Of a DNA stretch of 64,000 nt, positions 29,468-39,107 are shown one piece after another. This DNA is from Chloroflexota bacterium (GTDB lineage: Bacteria; Chloroflexota; UBA11872; VXOZ01): the NCBI GenBank assembly GCA_965221905.1, contig OZ244922.1, positions 2,176,001 to 2,240,000 on the forward strand, read 5' to 3'. Every line of letters starts with the position of its first letter. Positions within the stretch are counted from its first letter, which is position 1. Under the pieces are notes generated by a model. It saw only the letters and a program-made list of their open reading frames with translations, searched no databases and was not told the origin of the DNA. The translations under genes were made by a program, and so were the position numbers.

Positions 29468-31750
29468 ATGGTTGAAGCAGAAGTCGCAAGAAGCGACTTA
29501 CGATGCTGGTTGCGGCCCTGGCTCGCTTTTCTTCTCTGCTGCATGTTAGTGGCCGTAACGATTCTCTTGGCGTCCTGCGGAGACGACCAAGAAGACTCTG
29601 AATCAGCGTCGTCGCCCCGGGCCTCAGTAGCAGGAGAAGCTACTGCCACGCCCATTGAGCAGTTTTTTGCGTGCTATATACACTTGAATTCGGCAAGTGT
29701 AGGTGAACCGTTGGTCACTCCAACCCCAGAGACAATCAGGATTCAGATGCTCGAGCGTCCTTACCGCATTATTCCTAACGACATTGTCCTCATACAAAAC
29801 CGACCGTATCGCCTAATCATCCAGGCTGGCGAGGAGTGGCACCAGTTTGCCACGGAAGTCTTGAGCCAAGACGTATTGCTGCCACCAGGTGGCGAAGCGG
29901 AGATCCTTGTTCAACCACAGTTACTTGGCATATTCCCAATCCATAACAACCGCCGCATTCAAGAAAGCTTACTGCCAAGCACAATCACGGTAGTACCCGA
30001 GGGAATTGAGCCTTCCACGTGGTACCCTTTTTGTGCCGAGTTCTCCGTGCATTCTCCGCCGCCCGATGCAAGCCTGAGTACACCGTTTGTCATTGAAGGT
30101 ACTGTTGGGCCAGTAATACTGCAACCAACCATAATGGAGCCGGTTGGTCAGTTTCTCTTTGTCTCTCGTATTGAAGCGTGGAACAACGGGCGAATTGTTG
30201 GTACTGCCACAAGTGAGCAATTTAGGTCCCGCGGCCTCGACAGTGACTTCTACATTACCATTCCGAACCTGCCTCCTGGCACCCACATTTTACACCTCCA
30301 AGCTTCCCTTCAGAACGGCTCCATTGCTGCAACGGCAACTCTCCCCCTTGTGATTCCGGTAGACACATCGAGTGGGTCCCTCCTCCCAGGCTATCGTGGC
30401 AACATCGATCTCCCAATCGACAACGCGTTTCTTGATCTTCCTATCACCATCCAGGGCTGGGTGGTCAACCCCGGCAGTGAAGACGGCACAGGCGTTGGTT
30501 CCGTAGAAATCTGGAACGGCCCTCGCGAGAGCGGTCAATTCCTCACGGAGGCCGTTTACGGCACGTACCGCCCTGATGTAGCAGAATCACTGGACGATCC
30601 CACCTACGCCAGCAGCGGCTTCATCGCTCAACTCTCCAATGTGCCCGCCGGCCCTGTCAACCTCCACCTATACGTCCGTGACCGCGAGTCAGGTGATTAT
30701 GTATCGCCGCGTTTCCGACAGTCGCCACTAATGCGTAGCGTTTCCCTGGCGGAGGGTAAAGTCGCCGATGCGGCCTGGCCTGTGGCCCTGGCTGCCGCTC
30801 CGGACGGGAGGCTCTTCTACGCTGAACTCCTCACCGGCAACATCCGTATTGTGAAAGACGGCCAAGTCCTACCGAAACCCTTCGCGACCCTCGAAAACGT
30901 CTCGAATTTCCGGGAGTCCGGCTTCATGGGCCTTGCTCTTCACCCGGACTTTGCCACTACCCCCTATGTCTATGCCATGTACGTCGTGGACAATCCCAGT
31001 ACTGGCATCCCCAGCGGCCAGCGCGTTGTCCGCTTCCGCGACGTAGATGATATCGGCCAGGAATACACCGTGATTATCGACAACCTTCCCGCGCTAACGA
31101 TCTCCTTCCATAATGGTGGGCGCATTGCTTTCGGCCCCGATGGGATGCTTTATGTCTCCATCGGCGACACCGGCGAAGGCGAGCTTGCTCAGGACCCCAA
31201 GAGACTTGAGGGCTCCATTCTGCGCTACAATCCCGATGGCAGCATCCCAAGCGACAATCCCATCCCAGGTTCTCCGGTCTATGCCATCGGTTTGCGCAAT
31301 GTCTTTGGTCTCGCCTTCCAACCTGAGACCGGATTCCTCTACGCTACAGACAACGGCCCCGGCGGCTTCGACGAAGTAAACAAGATCGAAGCCGGTCTAA
31401 ATTACGGGTGGCCGGGTCACATGGGGGTGGACAGCCCGGAAGGTTATACTGATCCAGTTGCAGTCTACGGCAACTGGCCCGAAACACCCATCGGGCCTAC
31501 CGGTGCGACCTTTAGTCCTGAGCAACCGGACTTGCTGCTGTTCTGCGCTTATCACGGCTTTTTCCTACGCGCTGTGCGATTGAACGGTCCAGAATACGCA
31601 ACAGCGCAAAGCACGACCGTGCTATCGAACAATTGCGCACTCGACGTGACCTACAGCAGTGACGGTTGGCTGTATTACAGCACCATTTCTGAAATCTATC
31701 GTGCGCGACTGGAAGACCTCTTGCGCCTGCGTGAGGAGAATGCTCAATGA
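29468..31750 (+). CDS. Multidomain PQQ-dependent sugar dehydrogenase lipoprotein, paralog 3
   Basis: Same architecture and motifs; ATG 29468 after GAGGAG. Confidence 0.88.
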   Translation: MVEAEVARSDLRCWLRPWLAFLLCCMLVAVTILLASCGDDQEDSESASSPRASVAGEATATPIEQFFACYIHLNSASVGEPLVTPTPETIRIQMLERPYRIIPNDIVLIQNRPYRLIIQAGEEWHQFATEVLSQDVLLPPGGEAEILVQPQLLGIFPIHNNRRIQESLLPSTITVVPEGIEPSTWYPFCAEFSVHSPPPDASLSTPFVIEGTVGPVILQPTIMEPVGQFLFVSRIEAWNNGRIVGTATSEQFRSRGLDSDFYITIPNLPPGTHILHLQASLQNGSIAATATLPLVIPVDTSSGSLLPGYRGNIDLPIDNAFLDLPITIQGWVVNPGSEDGTGVGSVEIWNGPRESGQFLTEAVYGTYRPDVAESLDDPTYASSGFIAQLSNVPAGPVNLHLYVRDRESGDYVSPRFRQSPLMRSVSLAEGKVADAAWPVALAAAPDGRLFYAELLTGNIRIVKDGQVLPKPFATLENVSNFRESGFMGLALHPDFATTPYVYAMYVVDNPSTGIPSGQRVVRFRDVDDIGQEYTVIIDNLPALTISFHNGGRIAFGPDGMLYVSIGDTGEGELAQDPKRLEGSILRYNPDGSIPSDNPIPGSPVYAIGLRNVFGLAFQPETGFLYATDNGPGGFDEVNKIEAGLNYGWPGHMGVDSPEGYTDPVAVYGNWPETPIGPTGATFSPEQPDLLLFCAYHGFFLRAVRLNGPEYATAQSTTVLSNNCALDVTYSSDGWLYYSTISEIYRARLEDLLRLREENAQ

Positions 31751-31999
31751 ACGTCCTTAGAGCACAATGAGTGCTACGTCTCTTCTCGCGAGACTGCGGA
31801 AAACATCGAATCCTCTGCGACACATGGCAAGTCTGAGACCTAGTTATGAGACGCTCTGCTGCTAGCTGCTGGGCTGGCAGTGCGGACATCTTCCCGTAGA
31901 CGACCTGTCCTTTGGCAAAACCAATGCAGGCAATCGAGTACTCGCTTATGATGGGTGAAGTTGATTGATCCCCGTATTCGACGATGGAGGCACAATTCC

Positions 32000-32899
32000 A
32001 TGAATCTCACTTCCTCTACCCTTCGCGGCGTTAACGTCGCCATCGTGACACCGTTTCAATCCAATCACGACTTGGATTTGGCCGGGGTCAAGCGGCTAAC
32101 GCGGTTTCTGATTGACGCCGGAGTCCACGGCATTATGACAACCGGCGGCAATGGCGAGTTCCCCCATATGCTGCGGGAGGAGAAGAAAGCGGTAACGGCA
32201 GCCATCGTGGAGGAAGCTGCCGGTGAAATTCCTATCATTGCCGGAACCGCGGCCGCCGGCACCAGGGAAGCGGTGCTCTTGGGTCAAGATGCGCAAGAGG
32301 TTGGCGCGGATGGCACCATTGTTACTGCGCCGTACTACTTCCAGGTCTCAGAAGATGCTCTGTTTGTACACTACGAGACGATTGCACGTGAAGTGGACTT
32401 GCCGATGGTCTTGTACAACAATCCGCTCTACACCGGCAATGAAATCACGCCCGGCCTGATTGACCGATTGGCGGCGGTTCCCAACGTGATCGGCCTCAAG
32501 CAGAGCAACGCGGACTTTGGCATCCTCATGGAAAATATCCGCATGAACGGCGACAAGGTGGCGGTTCTCACCGGCATAGACAGCCAATTCTACGCTGCCA
32601 TGGCATCGGGAGCGACCGGCATCTTCTCTACCGCGGCCTGTGTGATTCCGCGAGAGATGGTAGCAATCTACGACTTAGTGCAGGCCGGTGACTTCGCAGA
32701 GGCGCGCCAACTCCAATTGAAACTGCAGGCCCTGAATCGCTACTTGGAGTACGATCCCGGTTACGTAGGGCCCTGCAAAGCGGCCCTGCGCATGCTGGGG
32801 CTGCCCGCCGGCCCGGTCCGCGGTCCGTTGCCGGAAGTCACCCCCGATGAGGAGGCAGGAGTCCGCAGCGGACTAGAGGCGCTTGGGTTGCTGGCCTAA
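32000..32899 (+). CDS. DapA/NAL-family class I aldolase/lyase
   Basis: IVTPF, GGNGEF, APYY, LYNNP, Schiff-base Lys in GLKQS, GPVRGPL; ATG after GGAGG. Confidence 0.9.
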   Translation: MNLTSSTLRGVNVAIVTPFQSNHDLDLAGVKRLTRFLIDAGVHGIMTTGGNGEFPHMLREEKKAVTAAIVEEAAGEIPIIAGTAAAGTREAVLLGQDAQEVGADGTIVTAPYYFQVSEDALFVHYETIAREVDLPMVLYNNPLYTGNEITPGLIDRLAAVPNVIGLKQSNADFGILMENIRMNGDKVAVLTGIDSQFYAAMASGATGIFSTAACVIPREMVAIYDLVQAGDFAEARQLQLKLQALNRYLEYDPGYVGPCKAALRMLGLPAGPVRGPLPEVTPDEEAGVRSGLEALGLLA

Positions 32900-34794
32900 G
32901 CCTCGATAGCTTCCGCAATCACGCGGCCCTCGGCATTGCGCGGTTGCGGCACACCCAAGAGGTGGGCAACCGTGGGTGCAATGTCCACACTGCGCGCCTG
33001 TCCCTGAAGGCCCAGCCCGCTGCGAATGTGGGGGCCGTTGATGATGAACGTCGTATGCTGACCGCCAATTCCCAAACTAACGGCGGGCAGATGCCGGCCG
33101 TGACATGCGTCGAATTCAGGATGCACGGCCCACACGACATCACCCACGAGATCGCCCCATAGATTGAGCATCTCGGCGTTCTCTCGCGTGACGGCGAGGG
33201 CGAAGGGTTGCTTGCCGGTGCCGGGGTCCACGTAGGTCGTCAGGGCATGGATAATCTGCTGCTGCACTTTATCGAAGTCTTCCGGTTCAACGATCCCTCC
33301 AGGATCGCGCCCCTTCAGATTGATGAAGACATGTATCGTCCCGACCGGAATGGCTGCGCTCCGGCTGAGATCGGTCTCCCCAGTGGCCGGGTCTAAGACA
33401 AGCAGACCGACCTTTTCGAGAACGTCCGCCGCGGCAATGGGCGGCACAAAGTCCGGTGTGCCGCCGTGGTCGGACGTGACCACTACAACCGTTTCGTCGT
33501 CCTGCAGCTCCAGTAGCCTCCCTACCCAGCGATCAACCGAGGCAATCAGGCGGGTCATGCCCTCAAGCGAGCGGGCAACGACACTCTCCGGCGCACCGCA
33601 GCGCGGGTCCGTCTGGGCCATAAAGAAGTGGTTGCCATAGTCGAGCGAATGGACCTCCGTAAAGAGCACGTCCCAATCGCGCGTGGCGCAGAGGTGATGG
33701 GCGACGTCGGCTAAGCAGGCGTGGTGCATGTCCAATAGCTCGAAGAACGTCTCGTCGTCAACCAGACCCAAGGTGTCACGCCCGGGATTCTGCAGAAATG
33801 GACCCACGTGGGTATCGATTTCCGTCGCGACCTCCTCAGGGTACGTATACCCTTCAGTCGCCCAAACCTGCGGCATGAAGACTTCAAACGTGTCACCATC
33901 AGGCGTGAGCGTGATGAGCTTGAATCGCACATACCCGGTAAGCGGGCGGCTACCGATTGTGAATTGCTGCCGTGACCAGTCACTCCAGTCGGCAACTGCC
34001 AGGTCCGCAATTGCCTGGCTGCCGTCGCGACTTGTGCAGATACGAACCCGGTCGTAGCCTGCGGCGGATTGCGCGTAGACGAGGCCATAGAAGGTCCGTG
34101 CTACCGCCCCCTCGGTGCCCCAGGCGGTCAAATCTGAGCGGCCGCGAGCCAATGGCTGGACCGTGAGTTCCACCTCAAGAGCAGGCTTTGCCGAATCGGG
34201 CAGGTGCGACCATTGATCGCCGTCGACTGGTCGCAGGTCAACATGGTCGACGTCTTCACCAGCTTGCAGCGTGCTGGGATCCACCGCCGCCGCATCAACC
34301 CCTCCACCAATGGGACGGGGACTCCAATTCCCCGAAACCCACAGATGGTATCCCGCAATCTGATGGTGGTTAGCCACGCCCGGCCCCGTGCCTTCAACTT
34401 GGACACCCTTGGTAATCGTCGGCGGCCAAGACATTTCCCATTTCACCAGAATAGGTGTCTTGTCCGCGCGCTCCAATGTATTCCAAAAATACTCAGCTTT
34501 GGATAGCTGCGTATTGACTCCCCAAACCGTTTCTGTCAGCGGTTTGCCGCGCGCGCGGATATTGAAGTCCATCACCTCATGGGTACCAGGCCACGCACCG
34601 GTCGAGATGGAGGTCCAGCCTGGCGGCGTGAGCGTGGGGAACACTCCCAGCATCGGCCGCCACGCGCCGGTGTCCATCAAACGCTTGAGATTCGGCGTAG
34701 CACCCTTGTCCGCCATGTGACGGACAATCTCCATGCTTGCCCCGTCAATGCCAATTATGATTGCTCGTTCGGCCATTGCCGCCATAGTCATCAC
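32896..34794 (-). CDS. Alkaline phosphatase superfamily, nucleotide pyrophosphatase/phosphodiesterase type
   Basis: IGIDGA, nucleophile motif PTLTPPGW..ISTG, SDHG, INLKGRDP.GIV, DIAPT. Confidence 0.9.
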   Translation of the reverse strand: MMTMAAMAERAIIIGIDGASMEIVRHMADKGATPNLKRLMDTGAWRPMLGVFPTLTPPGWTSISTGAWPGTHEVMDFNIRARGKPLTETVWGVNTQLSKAEYFWNTLERADKTPILVKWEMSWPPTITKGVQVEGTGPGVANHHQIAGYHLWVSGNWSPRPIGGGVDAAAVDPSTLQAGEDVDHVDLRPVDGDQWSHLPDSAKPALEVELTVQPLARGRSDLTAWGTEGAVARTFYGLVYAQSAAGYDRVRICTSRDGSQAIADLAVADWSDWSRQQFTIGSRPLTGYVRFKLITLTPDGDTFEVFMPQVWATEGYTYPEEVATEIDTHVGPFLQNPGRDTLGLVDDETFFELLDMHHACLADVAHHLCATRDWDVLFTEVHSLDYGNHFFMAQTDPRCGAPESVVARSLEGMTRLIASVDRWVGRLLELQDDETVVVVTSDHGGTPDFVPPIAAADVLEKVGLLVLDPATGETDLSRSAAIPVGTIHVFINLKGRDPGGIVEPEDFDKVQQQIIHALTTYVDPGTGKQPFALAVTRENAEMLNLWGDLVGDVVWAVHPEFDACHGRHLPAVSLGIGGQHTTFIINGPHIRSGLGLQGQARSVDIAPTVAHLLGVPQPRNAEGRVIAEAIEA

Positions 34795-35079
34795 TCCTCT
34801 TCAGAGAAATCTACACTCAAGCTGGGAACTGCACTTGCAAATTGCGGTTCATTCTTTCAATCTATAGTTCCGGACAATGCTTTCCGATAGTAGATATGCA
34901 CGTGCCGCTTGTTTGGCCCTCTTAGAATGCGGTATACACCCGATTCTGACTTGCCATGACCTGCGCACCTAGGGAAAGCAGGCTGCCGCGCGTGGGGTGT
35001 TCTTAACACACAGGCCAATAGCAAACTTGCACGGGACTTCTACAGGCGGCAGCAGCCAAAGAGGTCGCAATTTGAGCCC

Positions 35080-36180
35080 CTAGACCATTACCTCTTCCCT
35101 TGAAATCACCCGTCCGCTCTTGCTTGAACGAATGGCCGCAGCAGTCATCGCAATGGTATTGAGGTTGTCCCGCGGCGTCACCGCGGGCTCGCGTCCGTGC
35201 GCGGAAGCGGCGATCAGATCGCCAAGCGGGCCCTGGAAAGCATCATTAAACCATGCGCCCTCAAGCTGGAAAGTCTGCACATTGCGAGGATCATCGGCAC
35301 GAACGACTGAGACCTCACTACTCGTACCCCACACACTGCCTTCCGTACCGTCGATCCACCAGTTGTAGCTGTGGGCTCCCGATGCGCGCACTATGTTATT
35401 GAATACCAAGCTTGCCATCAGACCAACCCGACCGCCCACTTCCCCAAACTCGACATTGGCTGAGTAGATGAGCGGATCCGGCCCGTTTTGGTCCGGCAAC
35501 ATGGCGGTTGTGCAGTGGAGTTGCGTCCATTCACGGTTACCTGCCATTGGAGACGCGGCAAAGTAACGGCAAAGGTCGAGGTAGTGTACGCCATGGTCGC
35601 CGATATTGAAATTGGCCATGTTCGTCCACCAACGGTCCGGCTGATCCTGAAACGAGCGCCTGAGGTGCTGGATGCTATATATCTGCCCCAGCACGCCTTG
35701 GTCCATGAACACGCGCAACGCTTTGTGCTCCGGCGCCCAGCGTGCCTGCTGGTTTACCGCCAGCAGGATTCCTGCATCTTCTGCTATGGCGATGAGTTCC
35801 TCTGCCAGGGAATATTCCATGTGCAGTGGCTTCTGCGTTAGAACCGGTCGAGGAGCGTGAGAAATCGCCTGCAGTGTTTCTTTGCGGGCGGCGGGATGCA
35901 AGGCCATATCAATGACCTTCACCTCTTCGCGCTCCAAGAGGGCATGTATGTCCGTCGTCCAAAACGGTATGTGCCAGCGCTCCGCCGTGTTCCGCGCCGC
36001 TTCCTCATCCACGTCGCAGCATGCAACGATGTTGTAGCCTGCCTTCTGGTAGGCCGGCAAATGAGCGCCGTTCGCAATGCCGCCGCAGCCAATCAGCCCG
36101 ACACCGTATTGAGTCAGGTCGATATCCGGCGGCGGCCCAGGTCGGTACTGCTCCAATTGAAGGGCCAAATTTGCCATCAA
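35080..36180 (-). CDS. Gfo/Idh/MocA-family oxidoreductase
   Basis: IGCGGIA, QKP (variant of EKP), DHGVHYLD. Confidence 0.9.
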   Translation of the reverse strand: MMANLALQLEQYRPGPPPDIDLTQYGVGLIGCGGIANGAHLPAYQKAGYNIVACCDVDEEAARNTAERWHIPFWTTDIHALLEREEVKVIDMALHPAARKETLQAISHAPRPVLTQKPLHMEYSLAEELIAIAEDAGILLAVNQQARWAPEHKALRVFMDQGVLGQIYSIQHLRRSFQDQPDRWWTNMANFNIGDHGVHYLDLCRYFAASPMAGNREWTQLHCTTAMLPDQNGPDPLIYSANVEFGEVGGRVGLMASLVFNNIVRASGAHSYNWWIDGTEGSVWGTSSEVSVVRADDPRNVQTFQLEGAWFNDAFQGPLGDLIAASAHGREPAVTPRDNLNTIAMTAAAIRSSKSGRVISREEVMV

Positions 36181-36285
36181 AAGACTCCATTATTCCAAGA
36201 GCCGACAGTCAGCGATCAATTGAGACAACGAGCCCGTCGCATTGTAATTAGATGCTATCCGGCGGGCAAACCCCTCGGCAGGAAC

Positions 36286-36807
36286 TCACGGAGTCTCAAG
36301 CAAATCTTGTCCAACTGGGCTATGCCGCTCGTACCTGCGGTTGCGGTAAAGAAGCGGCAGTTGCTCACTGCCCACACCGGCAGCCTCCACTCGACCTATG
36401 AAGAGCACGCAGTTCCCTGCTACATGCTTGGCAAAGACAGTGCAATCGAGCCAGCAGACGCTGTCCTCAAAAATGGGGGATCCGGTCACGGCAAAGCGAT
36501 GGGGAATGCGGTCGAATACCGAACTCTTCACAGCTCCGGGACGCGCAAAATCCGCACCTATCGAGTGTTGCCCTGCGCCTAGCACATTGACGGCAAACGT
36601 ACCGACTGCCTCAATCCGGCCGCACGTCGCATTGCTCTCGCCAACACTTATGAGGATAAGCGGCGGTTCCGTAGCAATCGAAGTGAATGAACTGGCGGTC
36701 ATGCCGTGGAAGCCGCTAGCATCCCGCACCGTAACTACCGTGACAGGCTGCGCAACCTGACGCATCACGGTTCGAAAAGTATCAGAGTCAATCGGCATGT
36801 CGTTCAC
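36286..36807 (-). CDS. Flavin reductase (DIM6/NTAB/HpaC family)
   Basis: FRTVMRQVAQPVTVVT, GMTASSFTSI..EPP, FAVNVL, PLLY. Confidence 0.92.
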   Translation of the reverse strand: MNDMPIDSDTFRTVMRQVAQPVTVVTVRDASGFHGMTASSFTSIATEPPLILISVGESNATCGRIEAVGTFAVNVLGAGQHSIGADFARPGAVKSSVFDRIPHRFAVTGSPIFEDSVCWLDCTVFAKHVAGNCVLFIGRVEAAGVGSEQLPLLYRNRRYERHSPVGQDLLETP

Positions 36808-36879
36808 GCATCCTATGTGAAGGTATAGTTTCCACTCATAGTATATCTCACAGGGAGGAATTGAAGATTCTTTGGCTTG

Positions 36880-38256
36880 TCAGTGGTGGCCAAGGTACCA
36901 GTCCATGAGCTGCTGCTTTAGCGCCGTAACCACCCCCGCCTTGTCAGAATCACTGTAGCAGTTGTGCAGTTCCCAGGGGTCTTCCCGCACATTGTACAGT
37001 TCGTTGAGTTCCCGCCCCGGCGTGTATACGAACTTCCATTCCGGCGTCCGCACCATGGTTGAGATTTCGGTCTGTCGTCCACTGGCGGGCGGCCCGAAAG
37101 GGAGATTATTGCCGCGCGCAGGATCGTCTACCATGGCGGCAGGAAACGCGCCAACCTCAGCAAAGGCGACATTTCGCAGGTTCTCTCTTCCTTCCCAGGC
37201 CGGCACGAAAGAGCGTCCGTGCATGTTTTCCGGAACCTCCATCCCAACCCAGTCTAATATGGTAGGAGCCAAGTTGGTGGAGTCCGTAATCTCCGCAATG
37301 CGTTCGCCCTGCGGCACAAAGTGATCGGGCCCGGCGACAACCGCCGGTATGCGGACCAAACAGTCGTACAAGGTACAACTCTTGCCAAACATGCGGTGCT
37401 CTCCAGCATAGTCGCCGTGATCGGAAGAGTAGATGATCACTGTGTTGTCGAGCACACCCCGTGCTTCCAAATAGCCAACAAGGCGCGCCACTTGGTCGTC
37501 GAGGTGGTTGACCATGCCGTAGTAAACCGCTAGCGCTTTGCGAAGCTCTTGCTCGTCCGCATCCCAAGTGCCGCCATCACGTGCAGTTTGCTCATGCGCC
37601 TTTGGTTTGTCTGCATGGGGACCCTCTGTCGGCGGCAACGTGATTCGCGAGGGATCGTAAAGTGAGAAGTATGGTTCAGCCGCAAAAAATGGCGGATGGG
37701 GATCCAAGTACGCTATGTGCAGGAAGAAAGGGCGCGCAGAACTGCATGACTCTACGAAATTCATGCCAATGGTCGTCATAGCGCCGTTCAGGTCTTCATC
37801 CGGGGGCACTGGAACTTCCGCGACCATGTGCTGCACTCGTTTTGGGGCCTGCTCGACCAGTTCTCTTCGCAACCGACCTCGTTCCGACAGTATGCCTTTG
37901 CCGATGTCGTGTTCAAACTGAAAGCCGCGTCCTCCCCCACCCCGACCGCCGTGAAAATGCCCTACCGCGCCTGTTTGATATCCCACCTCACTTAGCCGCT
38001 CTGCCAAAGTAGCTTCATAGTGCGGCAGCGTGTATCCATTGCCATGTACTCCAATGGCATGGGCATAACGTCCAGTCATCAGGATGCACCGCGCGGGTAA
38101 GCAGAATGGATGCGGGGTAAAGTAATTCTCAAAGACCACACCGCGTTGTGCCAAAGATTCAAGTGCGGGCGTCTTCACGTCGGCATTACCGTACAGCCCA
38201 AGGCTGGTCGCCTTCTGCTGATCCGCGAGTAGTAGCACAATGTTCGGCAATGCCAT
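36880..38256 (-). CDS. Cys-type sulfatase (choline-sulfatase-like), cytoplasmic
   Basis: PNIVLLLADQ, CLPAR (CxPxR), PHPP, SDHG, ELYN...DPWE; no signal peptide. Confidence 0.93.
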   Translation of the reverse strand: MALPNIVLLLADQQKATSLGLYGNADVKTPALESLAQRGVVFENYFTPHPFCLPARCILMTGRYAHAIGVHGNGYTLPHYEATLAERLSEVGYQTGAVGHFHGGRGGGGRGFQFEHDIGKGILSERGRLRRELVEQAPKRVQHMVAEVPVPPDEDLNGAMTTIGMNFVESCSSARPFFLHIAYLDPHPPFFAAEPYFSLYDPSRITLPPTEGPHADKPKAHEQTARDGGTWDADEQELRKALAVYYGMVNHLDDQVARLVGYLEARGVLDNTVIIYSSDHGDYAGEHRMFGKSCTLYDCLVRIPAVVAGPDHFVPQGERIAEITDSTNLAPTILDWVGMEVPENMHGRSFVPAWEGRENLRNVAFAEVGAFPAAMVDDPARGNNLPFGPPASGRQTEISTMVRTPEWKFVYTPGRELNELYNVREDPWELHNCYSDSDKAGVVTALKQQLMDWYLGHH

Positions 38257-38424
38257 ATCTTGCCTCAGTTCTCTTTTGCAGCGCCAGCCATGCCGCTGGA
38301 TGTGTCCCTCTTCCGGCTATCGTGCCAAGGCGAGTCAGGCCTTGTAACTGATGACAGGAGCGGATAACAGAAAACCGGGGAATGTCCCCAGTTCGATCTC
38401 CGGTCTTATCACGACAATCGTAGT

Positions 38425-39084
38425 TCAGTCTGCGTTCTTACTCGACGCATCCATATGCATAAGCAGGGAAGTCGTCCAGTGTGCCCTGCGCCGCCGCGTG
38501 GCGTCAGCACTAAAGCCGGTCGGCTCGCCGGCAACGAGGCGCTCCAGCAGACTGTGGTTTCCCTGAAGAAAGAGACGCACTTTCATAACGCCGTACGCAT
38601 ACTCAGGATGATTCTCAGCGAGATAAGCGAATACGGATCCGGACGCCTGTTCGAATCGCTCCTTGTTGCCTTCCGTGAGCACAAGCGTTTCAGTCTCTTG
38701 CAGGATATTGCGCGGTTCAATGCGCACTCGACTGGCAACGTCCTGCACGGACATACCTTGCTCGTGGGCGAGCTCTCGAAAACGGAGGGCAATTTCATCG
38801 TCGCTCAGGCAGTCAACGTCGGTCTGCGGTCGCCGCGACTCCAGGCTCTGTTGAATACCCTCCCAATCGACTTCAAGGTTTGGATACAGCTCGGAAATCT
38901 CGAATTGAAGGTCAGTCGTTACATGCGGCCGACCGCCAAGGTAAGCCAAGAATTGGGTGCGGGTACCAAGATCATCCACAATGTCGCGGACGAGCCACGC
39001 TACCCAAACCGCTTTATCTTTTAACTCAGTTGCGGCTTCGGGCACCCACTTTATGTAAGCATTCTCGCGCGCTGTATCTGGCAC
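38425..39084 (-). CDS. Hypothetical protein with a possible Cro/C1-type HTH
   Basis: Starts 23 nt after infC on the same strand; RFRELAHEQGMSVQDVASRVRI resembles an XRE HTH. Confidence 0.7.
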   Translation of the reverse strand: MPDTARENAYIKWVPEAATELKDKAVWVAWLVRDIVDDLGTRTQFLAYLGGRPHVTTDLQFEISELYPNLEVDWEGIQQSLESRRPQTDVDCLSDDEIALRFRELAHEQGMSVQDVASRVRIEPRNILQETETLVLTEGNKERFEQASGSVFAYLAENHPEYAYGVMKVRLFLQGNHSLLERLVAGEPTGFSADATRRRRAHWTTSLLMHMDASSKNAD

Positions 39085-39107
39085 GGAGCCGTTCTATCCT
39101 GTTTCTG

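Noticed and set aside
32000-32899. Calling this gene dapA
   Set aside because: The GTTGE motif is replaced by GGNGE and there is no lysine-pathway context
38455-39024. 189-aa plus-strand ORF
   Set aside because: Antisense shadow of the better-supported minus-strand gene
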